The notes: generated by a model not told the origin, from the letters alone. Shown: positions 37,671 through 49,571, numbered from the stretch's first letter. The stretch is 64,000 nucleotides of DNA from Piromyces finnis finn (GCA_002104945.1 MCFH01000007.1:868001-932000); one strand, 5' to 3'. A program made the numbers and translations.

Positions 37671-37737
37671 CTATTTTAACAGAATACCTTGGATTATTAT
37701 AACTACTGTACATTTAACTATTCTTAGTAAGATCAAA

Positions 37738-40700
37738 ATGAGTCGCAATAATAATGACGTCTATGTAGCCTATGCTGCTGCCGATATGGAAGAACAAGAA
37801 CCTCTACTTGATGATTCAGGATCCGTTAGAGAAGAAGCTGAGCCAATGGATGCTGATGATAATATGAGACGTCCACCAAGATTTTTTGGAGATAGAGTTA
37901 TGGTGGAATCTTACATTGCTCATTGTAAAACAAACTTCGCAAATTATTCTCATCGCTTCTCTACCCCGGATAGGCAAGTAAGCTACCTTTTAAACAATAT
38001 GGGAGGACAAGCCTATCAATGGGCTAGTAAACATTTGGAAAGATATCCGTTACTTAAGCAAGATACTGAAGGATTCATCAAGAGAATCCGTAACACCTTT
38101 GGTGACCCCGATTTAGAATATCACTACCAACGTCAGTTCAGACGTTTACGCCAACATGGAATTGGTAATGTGTTAGATTACGTTAACGAATTCCGTCGTC
38201 TCGCTGTATTTATAGATACTGACGAAACCCTTTTAACTGACAACTTTTACCAAGGCTTAGATAGTCGTTTACAAGAAAGAATCGACAATATTTTCCCTCC
38301 TCCAGAAACCCTAGATGATCTTGCTCAACTTGCAGTCCGACTTGATCGTCATTTACTCCAACAAATGAATCACCGACAAAGAAAAAATAACCAGAGAAAT
38401 TACAAAACCCCTCCATCTAGGCCTATTCCAAATCATTCTCGTGAAACTCCAGTTGTTATCCGTAACCGAAACTCTAACTTTGAACGCTGTGGTTATTGTA
38501 AAAGAATTGGTCATAATGAAGATAATTGTTTTAAACGTCAAAACGACATTAGACACCAACAAGACCATCCTACCAATATTTCTACTATTAGTGCTGAAGC
38601 CCAAGAAGAAAAGACATGTCCTGTAGTTACTTTTGAATTAATCAATAATAGTAAAACTATACCTACCCCATTTTTAATCGACACTGGTGCTTTTGCCTGT
38701 TTCCTTGATAAGAACTATGCTGAGCGACATGGAATCCAATACACCCTAGATCCTGAGATTAAATTTGTCCATGGCATTAATGGAAAATCTACCGTGTTTG
38801 GAAAGACTTCAGAGATACCTATCCATTATCAAAACTACTATAGTTCTATCACATTCCTTGTTATTAACTTAAATAACTATTCAGGCATCATTGGGTACAA
38901 TTGGCTTAAGGGTAATAAAGCCACCTTTAACTTTAATAAGGAAATTATCTTAGAATTTCCGACATTAACTCCTAATTTAGATGAAGAACAATGTATTGAA
39001 GTCAATGTAATTAGGGACTTCACAGAACAAGATTTACTTTTTAGTGAAGAAGATAATAATCAAAAGGAACCCAGAATCCCAAATGAATTAATGGAAATTA
39101 AAGAGATTTTTGATGAAAAGCTACCAGAAGAATTACCACCACACAGAGTGTATGACTGCGCCATTGATTTAAAACCAAATTCAGTGCCATTCTATGGACC
39201 CTTATATTCGTTAACCCTTCAGGAACAAGAAACTTTAAAGGAATATATCGAAGAGAACTTGAGAAAAGGATTTATTAAGCCTTCTAAATCTCCTTATGGT
39301 GCTCCAGTATTATTTGTACCAAAGAAAGATGGTACGCTCCGCCTTTGTATTGACTATAGAAAACTTAATCAAGCCACAATTAGAAATTCATATCCGTTGC
39401 CATTAATCAAGGACTTACTCGACCGTGTTCAAGGATGCTCCTACTTTACTAAGCTAGATCTACCAGGTGCTTATAATTTAGTACGTATCAAGGATGGTGA
39501 TCAAGCAAAAACTGCTTTTCGTACTAGATTCGGCCACTTTGAATATGAAGTAATGCCCTTTGGTCTTACCAATGCTCCAGCCACATTTCAATATTTCCTT
39601 AACGATATTTTAACTCCTGTATTGGATAAATTCGCCTTCTCCTATATAGATGATATACTAATTTTCTCAAAAACACGTGAAGAACACATTAGTCATGTCA
39701 AGAAAGTCTTGAGAATATTACTTGATAATGGACTTTATTGTAAATTAAAAAAATGTGAATTTTTTAAATCCTCTGTAGAATTTCTTGGATATCAAATTTC
39801 TGATAAAGGTATATCAATGTGTCAAGACAAAGTAGCCGCCATTCGGGATTGGCCTCGTCCAAAAACCGTGAACGAAGTTCAGCAGTTTCTAGGTTTAGCA
39901 AATTTCTACCGCCGATTCATTTGCAATTTTTCAAAAATTGTTCAACCTTTGACAAAATTAACAAGAAAAGGTCAGGAATTTCACTGGAATAAAGAACAAG
40001 AAGCAGCCTTTACTATGCTCAAGGGTGCCTTTACCACCGACCCTATATTAATGATACCAGACCCTATTCAACCTTTTATAGTAGAAACCGATGCTAGCAA
40101 TTACGCTGTGGGAGCTGTTTTATCTCAATACGATAAGAATAATAAATTACACCCTTGTGCTTTCATGTCAAAAGGACTAAAAAATGCGGAAGTACGATAC
40201 GACATTTATGACAAAGAACTACTAGCCATAATCTCGGCCCTTAAAGAATGGCGTAATTATTTACAAGGATCTAAGGAACCATTCAAAATATTTTGTGACC
40301 ATAAGAACCTTAAATTTCCAAAGAAACCTGAAGTACTCTCCGACAGACAAATTCGTTGGTTTGAATTTCTTTCAAAGTTTAATTATGAAATTGTCTACCG
40401 CAGTGGAGCCTCAAACAAGAAAGCCGATATACTATCAAGACGACCTGATTTATTTATTGGACTTATTACTTCTTTTAACGATAATGAACTATTCTTTGAT
40501 GAAATCAAAAAACAATATCAATTTGATCTTGAAATTCAAAATATTATAAATTCAATTAAAGTAAAGGGTGAGTTTAATAAAAATTATGAAATTATTAACG
40601 ATATTCTTTATTATAATAATAGGATTTATTTGCCTTTAAACATGAGAATTCCCACTATTCAAAAATATCATGCTACGCCAGTTGCCGGTCATTTTGGTAC

Positions 40701-41679
40701 AAAGAAGACAGAAGAATTAATTACCAGATACTACTATTGGCCTAAGTTGCATGACGATGTTGATCTGTTTATCAAGAAATGTTTTATATGCGCCACTAGA
40801 AAAGAAACAACACATTCTCCATACGGACTGAACCAACTTACAGAAACTCCTTCTTTACCATGGACCTTCATCAACGTTGATTTTATTACAGACTTACCAG
40901 AATCGTCAGGCTATACTACCATTATGAATGTTGTTGACCAATTTAGCAAGATGATTCATTTAATTCCCGTTACTGGTACTCCCTCTGCCGAAGACGTTGC
41001 CAATTTGTTTCTTCAAAATATCTTCCGTATTCATGGCTTACCACATTCTATTACTTCTGATCGTGGAAGTCAATTTACTTCTCATTTTTGGAAAAAGCTT
41101 CTCAACCTACTCAAGATTGAATGCAAATATTCGACTGCTCATCATCACCAAAGCAATGGCCAAGTAGAAAGACTAAACGGTATTGTAACCCAAACACTTA
41201 GATGTTTTGCTCATGACGAACCTCATTTATGGTCCTATTATCTTCCTCTTGTGGAATTTTCTATTAATAATTCTATTAATGCTACTACGAAAAAGTCTCC
41301 TTTTGAAATTGTTTATGGATATAATCTTAGTTTTGATCCAGATCTTAGCTTTACTAGTGCTTCAAATCATGCGGAATTCACAACCCTTGACTGGAAAGTT
41401 CATTTTAATTCTATTTACAATAATATTAATTCAAGTAAACTTTTATATAAAGAAAACGCTGATAAACATCGCTCTGAAGGACCTTTATTTAAAATTGGTG
41501 ATTTCGTTTGGGTCAAACAAATTCCATCGTTGAAGAAATTGAAAAAATTTGCCTCCAGAAGAATTGGACCTTTTAAAATCTTGGAAATATTATCCCCTGT
41601 TACATTTAAGTTAGAACTCCCGCCTAATTCCAAAGCCTCAGATGTTGTGCATATAGAAAGACTTGAAAAATTCCTTTAG
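37738..41679 (+). CDS. gag-pol: Family F Gag-PR-RT-RH-IN polyprotein, no chromodomain
   Basis: CGYCKRIGHNEDNC, LIDTGA, YIDD, HATPVAGH..CFIC, DFITDL/SDRG/VERLN; ends after the GPF motif. Confidence 0.95.
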   Translation: MSRNNNDVYVAYAAADMEEQEPLLDDSGSVREEAEPMDADDNMRRPPRFFGDRVMVESYIAHCKTNFANYSHRFSTPDRQVSYLLNNMGGQAYQWASKHLERYPLLKQDTEGFIKRIRNTFGDPDLEYHYQRQFRRLRQHGIGNVLDYVNEFRRLAVFIDTDETLLTDNFYQGLDSRLQERIDNIFPPPETLDDLAQLAVRLDRHLLQQMNHRQRKNNQRNYKTPPSRPIPNHSRETPVVIRNRNSNFERCGYCKRIGHNEDNCFKRQNDIRHQQDHPTNISTISAEAQEEKTCPVVTFELINNSKTIPTPFLIDTGAFACFLDKNYAERHGIQYTLDPEIKFVHGINGKSTVFGKTSEIPIHYQNYYSSITFLVINLNNYSGIIGYNWLKGNKATFNFNKEIILEFPTLTPNLDEEQCIEVNVIRDFTEQDLLFSEEDNNQKEPRIPNELMEIKEIFDEKLPEELPPHRVYDCAIDLKPNSVPFYGPLYSLTLQEQETLKEYIEENLRKGFIKPSKSPYGAPVLFVPKKDGTLRLCIDYRKLNQATIRNSYPLPLIKDLLDRVQGCSYFTKLDLPGAYNLVRIKDGDQAKTAFRTRFGHFEYEVMPFGLTNAPATFQYFLNDILTPVLDKFAFSYIDDILIFSKTREEHISHVKKVLRILLDNGLYCKLKKCEFFKSSVEFLGYQISDKGISMCQDKVAAIRDWPRPKTVNEVQQFLGLANFYRRFICNFSKIVQPLTKLTRKGQEFHWNKEQEAAFTMLKGAFTTDPILMIPDPIQPFIVETDASNYAVGAVLSQYDKNNKLHPCAFMSKGLKNAEVRYDIYDKELLAIISALKEWRNYLQGSKEPFKIFCDHKNLKFPKKPEVLSDRQIRWFEFLSKFNYEIVYRSGASNKKADILSRRPDLFIGLITSFNDNELFFDEIKKQYQFDLEIQNIINSIKVKGEFNKNYEIINDILYYNNRIYLPLNMRIPTIQKYHATPVAGHFGTKKTEELITRYYYWPKLHDDVDLFIKKCFICATRKETTHSPYGLNQLTETPSLPWTFINVDFITDLPESSGYTTIMNVVDQFSKMIHLIPVTGTPSAEDVANLFLQNIFRIHGLPHSITSDRGSQFTSHFWKKLLNLLKIECKYSTAHHHQSNGQVERLNGIVTQTLRCFAHDEPHLWSYYLPLVEFSINNSINATTKKSPFEIVYGYNLSFDPDLSFTSASNHAEFTTLDWKVHFNSIYNNINSSKLLYKENADKHRSEGPLFKIGDFVWVKQIPSLKKLKKFASRRIGPFKILEILSPVTFKLELPPNSKASDVVHIERLEKFL

Positions 41680-43748
41680 ACGTCTGGAATCCGTCTTTGA
41701 GAAGGGACCTTATCAATACGTTACATTACGTTAAGAAAATTTTTTTGTTATAATTAACTCTAATTAATATTAAATAATAAAATAATTTTTGTAGAAGAAT
41801 CTTAATTATTAATAAATTAGTTATTAGTAATAAATAGAAAAATTTAGAAGAATAAATAGTTTAGTTTAGTAAAAGAATTATAACACCTTCTCGAAGTAAT
41901 ATTAATTTTATAATCTTTATTATTAATTATTTTTATTTAATTAGTAATTATTAGTAATTATTATTAATAAAAAATTAAAATAATTGTAAAGCCTCAATTG
42001 AAGCTTTAGTATAAATAGTTAAAGAAAAAATAATTAGTTAAGCTTCAATTGAGAATTATTTTCAAATTCTATAAAAACCTTTTTTATTATTCTGACTTAT
42101 AAAAAGTCCACTTTTCAATGTTAATAAAAGATCAAATATAATTTTAAACTTAAATTATTAATAAAAGAGTCTTGTGTAAATTTTTTAAATAAATTTCTAT
42201 TATTGTCTTTTCTAAATTTTTATCAAACCTTATTTAATAATAAATAATTCAACCTATTCGCCAAACCCCTGATACAACCTGACGGCGAAGCCAGCTTGGG
42301 GAACCCCGAAATACAATTTTGGTGAAAAGGTACAAAACCTTTATACGTTACAGTGTTAATTCTTCTGAAGACGTAGCAATGATATCTAAGTTCTCTTCTA
42401 ATAGCTGGAGTATTTCTTTTCGTTTGTCTTCTGGTATAGTTTTTAAAAATATTTCACTATGTATGTATTCATTAGGTGGCAGACCTTCAATGGATTTCAG
42501 ACTATTCAAATTTCCTTCTGAAATCTTCCTAATGGTACATACCACTTTTTCTTCATTATAATATTGATTATTTATTGGCAATATCTTTTCTGCTTCTCCA
42601 CGTTTATTTACTTTACATAAACTTTCACTAATTGGATCTATGTATAATAAATTATCTATTTGTGTTTTATAATTTATTAACATATCATAAAATGGTTCTT
42701 CCTTTTCAATTATCCGGAAGTCAACCACTATTTCTAGACTTCCTATTTGTACCGGTATACGTACTATAGCGCCTTCAGAGTAGTTATCATCTGTGGTAGC
42801 TAGTCTAATACGTCCGCTACTTATTCCTACTACATCATAATCCTTAGGTAATTTCTGGTAAAAGGAAGAAGTAATAACGTTTAAGTTACTACATGTGTCC
42901 ACTAATAATTTGCCTGGTACACCATCCACCATAGCGTCAACCATAACTATATCATCTTCTGATGTTTCCTGATTTTTACTGATATAGTCATGGTGAATAT
43001 TATTCAATAGGGTGGTTGTGGCTACTATATTATTTATAGTACCTGTAACTTTTGTTGGGGCTTTTTCCAGTTTTAATCCATGAGAAAGTTGGGTTCTTAT
43101 CTTTGGACACACATTAAACAGCTGTCCATATGTAATATCACACTTGGTAGTATTTAAGCTTTCAAAGATATCGTGGTCGCTAGTAGTACCCAACATTTGT
43201 ATTTTCCTGGAAATCTTTTCTGGCTTATTTTTATCTTTTTCCCTATCTCTCTTCATGTTAATTAAGGTGGGAAGTATTCCAGAACTTTTCTTCTTAAGAG
43301 TTTCTACCTCCTCTTCGTCTTCAGTGTCCGTATAAAGAATAACATCCATATCTTCTTCTTCTTTCTGGTTAGTAGTAGACATACTTCTTTGTTTATTTCT
43401 GACGCTTTTGCTTTTCACTTTCTCTTTTTCAATACTAGGTTGGCTCAATATAGATACGTCTAGTTGTTTCCTAGATTGAGAAGTTGTTCCTTTTTCCAGA
43501 TTCTCATTTCTCATATCATTTTCTTTTTTTTTCTAATAGCAGGTGTAGTTATAAGCTGAGGATTTTCTTTTAAGGTTCGTGACTTCCTTTTATTTGCAGT
43601 ATCATCTTCATCTTCATCATTTGCTTTCCTTCTTGCGGCGGCTATAACATGCTCATAGTTAGAGTACTCTTCTTCTTCGCATTCAGACAAGTTAGAATAT
43701 TTGAAATTTTCTAATTCTTCTTTCTCATTATCTTGATAATAATTAAGT

Positions 43749-43801
43749 GAAGCTATTTTTGAGGTACTGGGAGTGCTTCCCCTCCCATTACCTAGTTTAA
43801 A
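43749..43801 (-). promoter_or_regulatory. Predicted -1 ribosomal frameshift signal (U UUA AAC + H-type pseudoknot)
   Basis: Slippery heptamer in the gag frame directly before TAG; stems TGGGAG/CTCCCA and GAAGC/GCTTC; the -1 frame is open. Confidence 0.75.
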
Positions 43802-44679
43802 TGCTTTTCCCTAATTTTCTTTTTATTCTCTTCTACAATAGCATTTAACTTAGGACAATGGTACTGATAATGACCCTTTTCATTACAAAAGAAGCAAGTC
43901 TTGATAGAAAGGTTCTTCATTTTCTTAGTTAATTCCTCCATAGGATCCGTATTATTACTACTGGAATTATTAATTTGAAATTTATTGTTCTTCTCATAGA
44001 TATCCATCTTCCTTTCATTCTTGAATTTATTTCTTCTATCATGACGGGAAAAATTTGATATATCCTGGTTACTAACTCTGGAGCGGTTCCTCAAGTTCAG
44101 TCTGTCACCATCTTCGGCAAGTTTATATGCTACTGATAAGGAAGCCTCTTTAGCTCTTCGTACATTTTCCCAAGCCTTATAGTTAGGCTCAATAGAATCC
44201 AAGTAATCTTCTACATCAATTTTTCTCCTACGTTTCTTATCCAGTTTTACATATAAGGAGCGGTATCTAATGTTAAAATCTTTGACCTTCTCGTTTTTTC
44301 CTATTTTCATATCTCTAAGTTCTTTAAGGAGTTCTACCTGGTCTTCTTTAACTCCATAAAACTCTTCTAAGATATCAACGACTTCCTTAAGAGAAAGATA
44401 TTTTAAGTTTTGTACTTCATCCTCGTCTTCTGATTCACTATCCTCTTCATCCACCCTGTTTGGATTTAAGTCTTGGATAAGTTCGTTAGGTGTTCCTACT
44501 GTAGTAAATAAACACGTTAAGAATATCATCCTTGGACTCTTGATTTCTTGTAACATAGCCCAATACTTGAGTTGGCTATGCCAAGTCTTTATATCTAAAT
44601 TTTCTTCTGATAATCTTGTAACATGCTTGAGTTCTTTCATTAACTTAGCAAAATCGATGGATTCTGAAGAACTGGTCAT
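43792..44679 (-). CDS. gag: Element C Gag
   Basis: 295 aa with CFFCNEKGHYQYHC zinc knuckle, upstream of C pol. Confidence 0.85.
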   Translation of the reverse strand: MTSSSESIDFAKLMKELKHVTRLSEENLDIKTWHSQLKYWAMLQEIKSPRMIFLTCLFTTVGTPNELIQDLNPNRVDEEDSESEDEDEVQNLKYLSLKEVVDILEEFYGVKEDQVELLKELRDMKIGKNEKVKDFNIRYRSLYVKLDKKRRRKIDVEDYLDSIEPNYKAWENVRRAKEASLSVAYKLAEDGDRLNLRNRSRVSNQDISNFSRHDRRNKFKNERKMDIYEKNNKFQINNSSSNNTDPMEELTKKMKNLSIKTCFFCNEKGHYQYHCPKLNAIVEENKKKIREKHLN

Positions 44680-44996
44680 TTTTTTTTTTTTTTTTTTTTT
44701 TTTTTATGAATATTTTATTTTATTATTACTAATATTTTATTATTTATTAATACTGAAATTTTGATTTATTAATAATAATAAAATATTATATTTAATTTCA
44801 AATATAATATTTTTTAATCGAAAGTATATTAGAATATATTAAAAACATAAAATTTAAATTTTTTAACTCATTTAAATTTTTTTTTTTGTAATTTTACCTA
44901 AGATTAATCATGCCTTTATATATATATACTTTATTATTTATTATTTTTTATATATATTCTTTATCTTAATGTTTATCATTTTTAAATAGCATATTT

Positions 44997-45305
44997 TTAA
45001 CAATATTTCTTAAATTTACAGTAATCTCTGTCATCGAATTTATGCATACAGCAATTACATGCAGAAACTGGATAACAAACAGGTAAACCTCCATTATGAT
45101 AACATTCTATACAACTGTTCTTACTTCCAATGATTTGTTGGTGTAAAGTTTCTACATCTTTAGATAAAATTATTTTGCTTTCATTTTTAGATTCATCGAC
45201 AGTAGAAATGTTTTTATTTTCAGCATTGATATTTTCAGAATCAATACTCTTTGATAAAACGGCTAAAGTATTAACGGCAGCAAGTAATAAATAAGCTAAT
45301 TTCAT
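44997..45305 (-). CDS. Secreted cysteine-rich peptide precursor (signal peptide, acidic spacer, 8-Cys C-terminal domain)
   Basis: ATG-initiated, intronless 102-aa ORF; MKLAYLLLAAVNTLAVLS is signal-like; SCIEC...C...CNCC...C...C; coding-like composition within AT-rich flanks. Confidence 0.75.
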   Translation of the reverse strand: MKLAYLLLAAVNTLAVLSKSIDSENINAENKNISTVDESKNESKIILSKDVETLHQQIIGSKNSCIECYHNGGLPVCYPVSACNCCMHKFDDRDYCKFKKYC

Positions 45306-46530
45306 TTTGAGTAGATTTATTTAATTATTTTGATTTATTAATTGTTTTTGATATTTTATTTATTTATTTTTTTTTTAATTTATTTATTTATTTATTTGCT
45401 AGGTTTACTTAATTGTATTTTTCGTTTAGAATTTATTATCGTTATTAATTATTATTTTATTTGATTATAATTTTTACTTGTATCTTTTAATTTATATGTT
45501 TACTTAAATTTTTATCTTTTGTTAAATTAGTAATACTATGTTACAATGCTTCTTCAACTACATCAATTAACAATATTAATATATATTTCTTTTTTTTTTT
45601 ATTTTTAATTATTTTAATTGTGCAACAAAGCAATTAACTTTATTACTATTTTTAACACTCCCATAAAAAATTTTTAAGTCTAACTGTTAACAATTATTAT
45701 AATTAATATATGCTATTATAATAAAACTACTATGATATTCTTAATTATCCCCGATATCTCCACCATTAATTATGTTACGGTTCGAATAAGATATCATAAT
45801 TTTAAATAATAGTAATATTTTATTTTATTTTATTTTGTTTTGTTTTGTTTTATTTTATTTTATTTTTTTTTTTTATTTTATTTTATTTTTTTTTTTTTAT
45901 ATATTCAATTTTTAGTAATTTTTTTTAAAAACTTGCGTACATTTTGAAACTATCCATCTTTTGGAATTTAATGATTTTGGATAGCTAAAATTTTAAATTA
46001 ATTCCATTCGTAATATATGGATCATTCATTGTAACATATATTAATTAAGTCATTAATATATATTATGAATCATCTATTAATATTAGAACAGATAAATTTT
46101 TAATTTATATTTAATAAATTTTTAATTTGCTTTACCTTTAGTATTTTTAATTTCATATATTAACTAATAGACTTAAAGCATATAATAAATTTATATTATC
46201 CTATTAATTATGTCCTTTTTTAGACAAAAAGATTAATTTTTATGTAAAGGTATCTTCTGTTATTTGTGTAACAATTTATCAATACGTTACATTACGTTAA
46301 GTGAAATTTTTGTTATAATTAACTTTAATTAATAATAAATAATAAAATAATTTTTGTAGAAGAATCTTAATTATTAATAAATTAATTATTAGTAATAAAT
46401 AGAAAAATTTAGAAGAATAAATAGTTTAGTTTAGTAAAAGAATTATAACACCTTCTCGAAGTAATATTAATTGTAAAGATATCAAACGCCTCAGCTTGAT
46501 ATCTTTAATGTAACTTAAGCCACAAGTATT

Positions 46531-47960
46531 TGTAAAGTCGACACAAAAGAATAGATTAGGATATCTATTCTATTACAATAACACTAAAGATTTATATAAA
46601 ATTGTTTTGTTAAAAAAATATCTTTTATTATAATAGAAATTATATTAATAACAATTACATCGATAAAATGATGAAAAATATCTTCTATTTATATTTTTCC
46701 TAAATACATTTATATTATATTATAACTATTTATTTAAAATATATTATTATTTAAAATCTACACTAAAATCTTAATTATTAATAAATATTTAAACTATAAC
46801 TATTTTTAGTAAAATACAATTGGCAATTCAAATTAAGTACTATTCAATTTGAATATGTGCCCATGTATTATTGATATATTAAACATTTAATAATTATATA
46901 CTAGATGTCTATTTCTATTACAAAACAATACTAAAACTAGGGGTTTGAATTGAGAATTTTAATTTATTTGTTAAACATTAAGAATAAACTAATAATTTAT
47001 TTTGTTTTAAACTTTAATTATTAATAAATAAATTATGTCCCATTTTCTTTTTCTGTAATATAATTCGTGTAACTTAAACAATAATATTTATGGCTTAAGT
47101 TACATTAAAGATATCAATCTGTGGCGTTTGATATCTTTACAATCTCTCTCTCTAAGTCGAGCTCCTGCGAGATTAATTTATAAAGAATCCTTTCTCGAAG
47201 GAATTTCAATTACAAATGGTTGGTATCTATGCTTAATTAGATTGCCAACTTTATTCTTTCTTATTCTCATGGAGGAGTCATTCAACTTATGTTTTGACTT
47301 TTTAGAGTTTCTTTCGAACTCTTGTATTAATTGTTTGTCCGGGATCTGATCTTCAGAAACCCAAGTGGATTTGTCAAATCCTTTCCACGATAACTTATAA
47401 AATGTCTCACCATTAACAGATTTCATCTTCTCAATTTTTTCTGGAATTTTTTCAATTAAATCTGTGTTAAGATGAATATTTCTTTTCCTACTATTAGACC
47501 TATCTATAAACTCGTTTTCAAAGTATGGTTCTAACAATGAGACATGAAAGACTGGATGACATCTCATTGTCTTTGGGAGTTTCAATTTAAAAGCGAGAGA
47601 ACTAACTTTTTCAATTATTTCAAATGGACCAAGCATTTGAGGTGCTAATTTCTTCTTCAAGTTAGTTCCCGGAGAATCTTTCAATAACCATACCTTCTTT
47701 CCCACTTCAAATTCCGGGGGACTCATTCTTTTCATATCGGCATATTTCTTATATGTTTCTTTTGCTTTTTCTAAGCTTTCTTTTAATAATTTAAAGTTTT
47801 TATTCATATCAATTACTCTTTGTTCAGCTCTACTAGGTCTATCATTAGCCGGGATTTCCAAGCTGAACTTTGGATGAAAACCATAATTAGCAAAGAATGG
47901 GGATTGATTTATAGATTGCTGTAAAGTGTTATTATATGCAAATTCAGCAAATGGAATAAG
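46531..47960 (-). mobile_element. Family A copy 5, inverted 3' fragment (3' LTR 46531-47141)
   Basis: Inserted in the 5' LTR of copy 4; fused to copy 4 pol at an AAGAT microhomology (47958-62). Confidence 0.88.
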
Positions 47961-49536
47961 ATTTTTACTAAATTAGACCTTAAATCCGCTTATAATTTTG
48001 TTCGTATTAAAGAAGGTGATGAATACAAAACGGCTTTTCGTACTAGATATAGGCATTTTGAATATCTGGTTATGCCTTTTGGATTAAAGAATGCACCTGC
48101 AACTTTTCAACACTTTATTAACGATGTTCTTAGTGACTATTTAGACGATTTTGTTATCTCATATATTGATGATATTCTTATTTATTCTAATAATATCGAA
48201 GAACATCATGAGCATGTTAAAAAGGTACTTAAGAAACTACTTGAAAATAATCTTTATGTTAAATTAGAAAAATGTGAGTTTGATGTTGAGAAAACCACTT
48301 TTCTTGGTTATGTCATTTCAAAGAATGGATTGCAAATGGATGAAAATAAAGTTAAAGCAATTCTCGATTGGCCGGTTCCTAAGAATGTTAAAGAGGTTCA
48401 GTCTTTTATTGGTTTATGTAACTATTACAGAATTTTTATTAAAGACTTTGCTAAAATTGTAAACCCTCTTCACAAACTCACTAGAAAGAATGTTGCTTTT
48501 AACTGGGTGAAAGAAGATCAGGACGCTTTTATTTTATTAAAATCTCTGTTCACGTCAGCTCCTATTCTGAAACATGCGGATAGTAATAATCAATTTATTG
48601 TAGAAACTGATGCTAGTAATTATGCTGTCGGTGCTATTCTCTCTCAAGAATTTGATGGCAAATTACATCCTATTGCATTTCTTTCTAAAAGTTTGACGAG
48701 TTGTCAAAGAAACTATCCTATATATGACAAGGAACTTTTAGCTATTGTAGTTGCTCTTGAAGAATGGCGTCATTATTTAGAAGGTGCACGCCATCCGTTC
48801 ATAATTTATACTGATCACAAGAATTTAACATTTCCTAGAAAACCTGAAATGTTATCTCAGAAACAAATTAGATGGAATTTGTTCTTATCCAGATTTGATT
48901 TTAAACTCATTTATAAAGCTGGAAAGAAATCCGGTAAGCCTGATATCCTGTCTCGTAGAAGTGACCATTTAGAGAATAATATTAATTCTGATGTTTCTTG
49001 TCTTACTATTTCGTTTCATCATAGCGATAACAAACCGTTAATCGATTCTATTTTATTAGAACTTAAAAATGACGATTTGTTTAATTCTATTGTCCAATTT
49101 AAAATGAATGGTTCTACATGTAATTGTAACGAAATATTATAATAATAAACACACACACTCCAATGTATCAAATATATATATATATTTTTTAATAATGTTT
49201 ATTTATTAAATTTATTATTATAATACGACTAACTCGCTAGGTCAGTGTATTATCAAACTAAAGACGAAATAAAAAAACTAATTTTTATCAATTATTAATA
49301 AAAACACTAAAGAACTATTTTATCTTTCTTATTCTCTCTTTTATACATGAAAATTATTTTTTTTTAATACAATTTGATAAGTGAATTAATTACTTAATGA
49401 TTGGTTATAAAAATATAATTATGAAATTTTCATTAATCTAACCTTAATGATTTTCTAGTCTAACCCTTATCATTAGATATACTTCATTACAAGCTCCTCC
49501 TCTAAATTCGGATTCCAGACGAATTTATAAGCTAAT

Positions 49537-49566
<30 letters not shown>

Positions 49567-49571
<5 letters not shown>

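Larger units (their letters stand above)
37094..42274 (+). mobile_element. Full-length family F Ty3/gypsy element with TA...TA termini (LTRs 37094-37657 and 41711-42274)
   Basis: 564-bp LTRs with one difference seen, TSD CAACC, PPT GAGAAGGGA, intact single ORF. Confidence 0.96.
35947..42352 (-). mobile_element. Solo LTR-D containing nested P and F
   Basis: TSD GTGTT (35942-46 / 42353-57). Confidence 0.92.
33412..43801 (-). pseudogene. pol: Element C pol (PR-RT-RH-IN), split by solo LTR-D and frameshifted
   Basis: LLVDTCS protease (42348-43514) rejoins PSKLAPHKINL across TSD GTGTT; FIDD; 2-bp AT duplication near 35380; GHEG..C..C, GLDIIG, TTDNG, ENRN. Confidence 0.9.

Noticed and set aside
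3775-49570. (ATT)n tract near 3775 and long A/T homopolymers before gag starts or after stops (22289, 44680, 49540)
   Set aside because: Common in this base composition; lengths vary between copies; no evidence of function or of retroposed poly(A) tails with TSDs.
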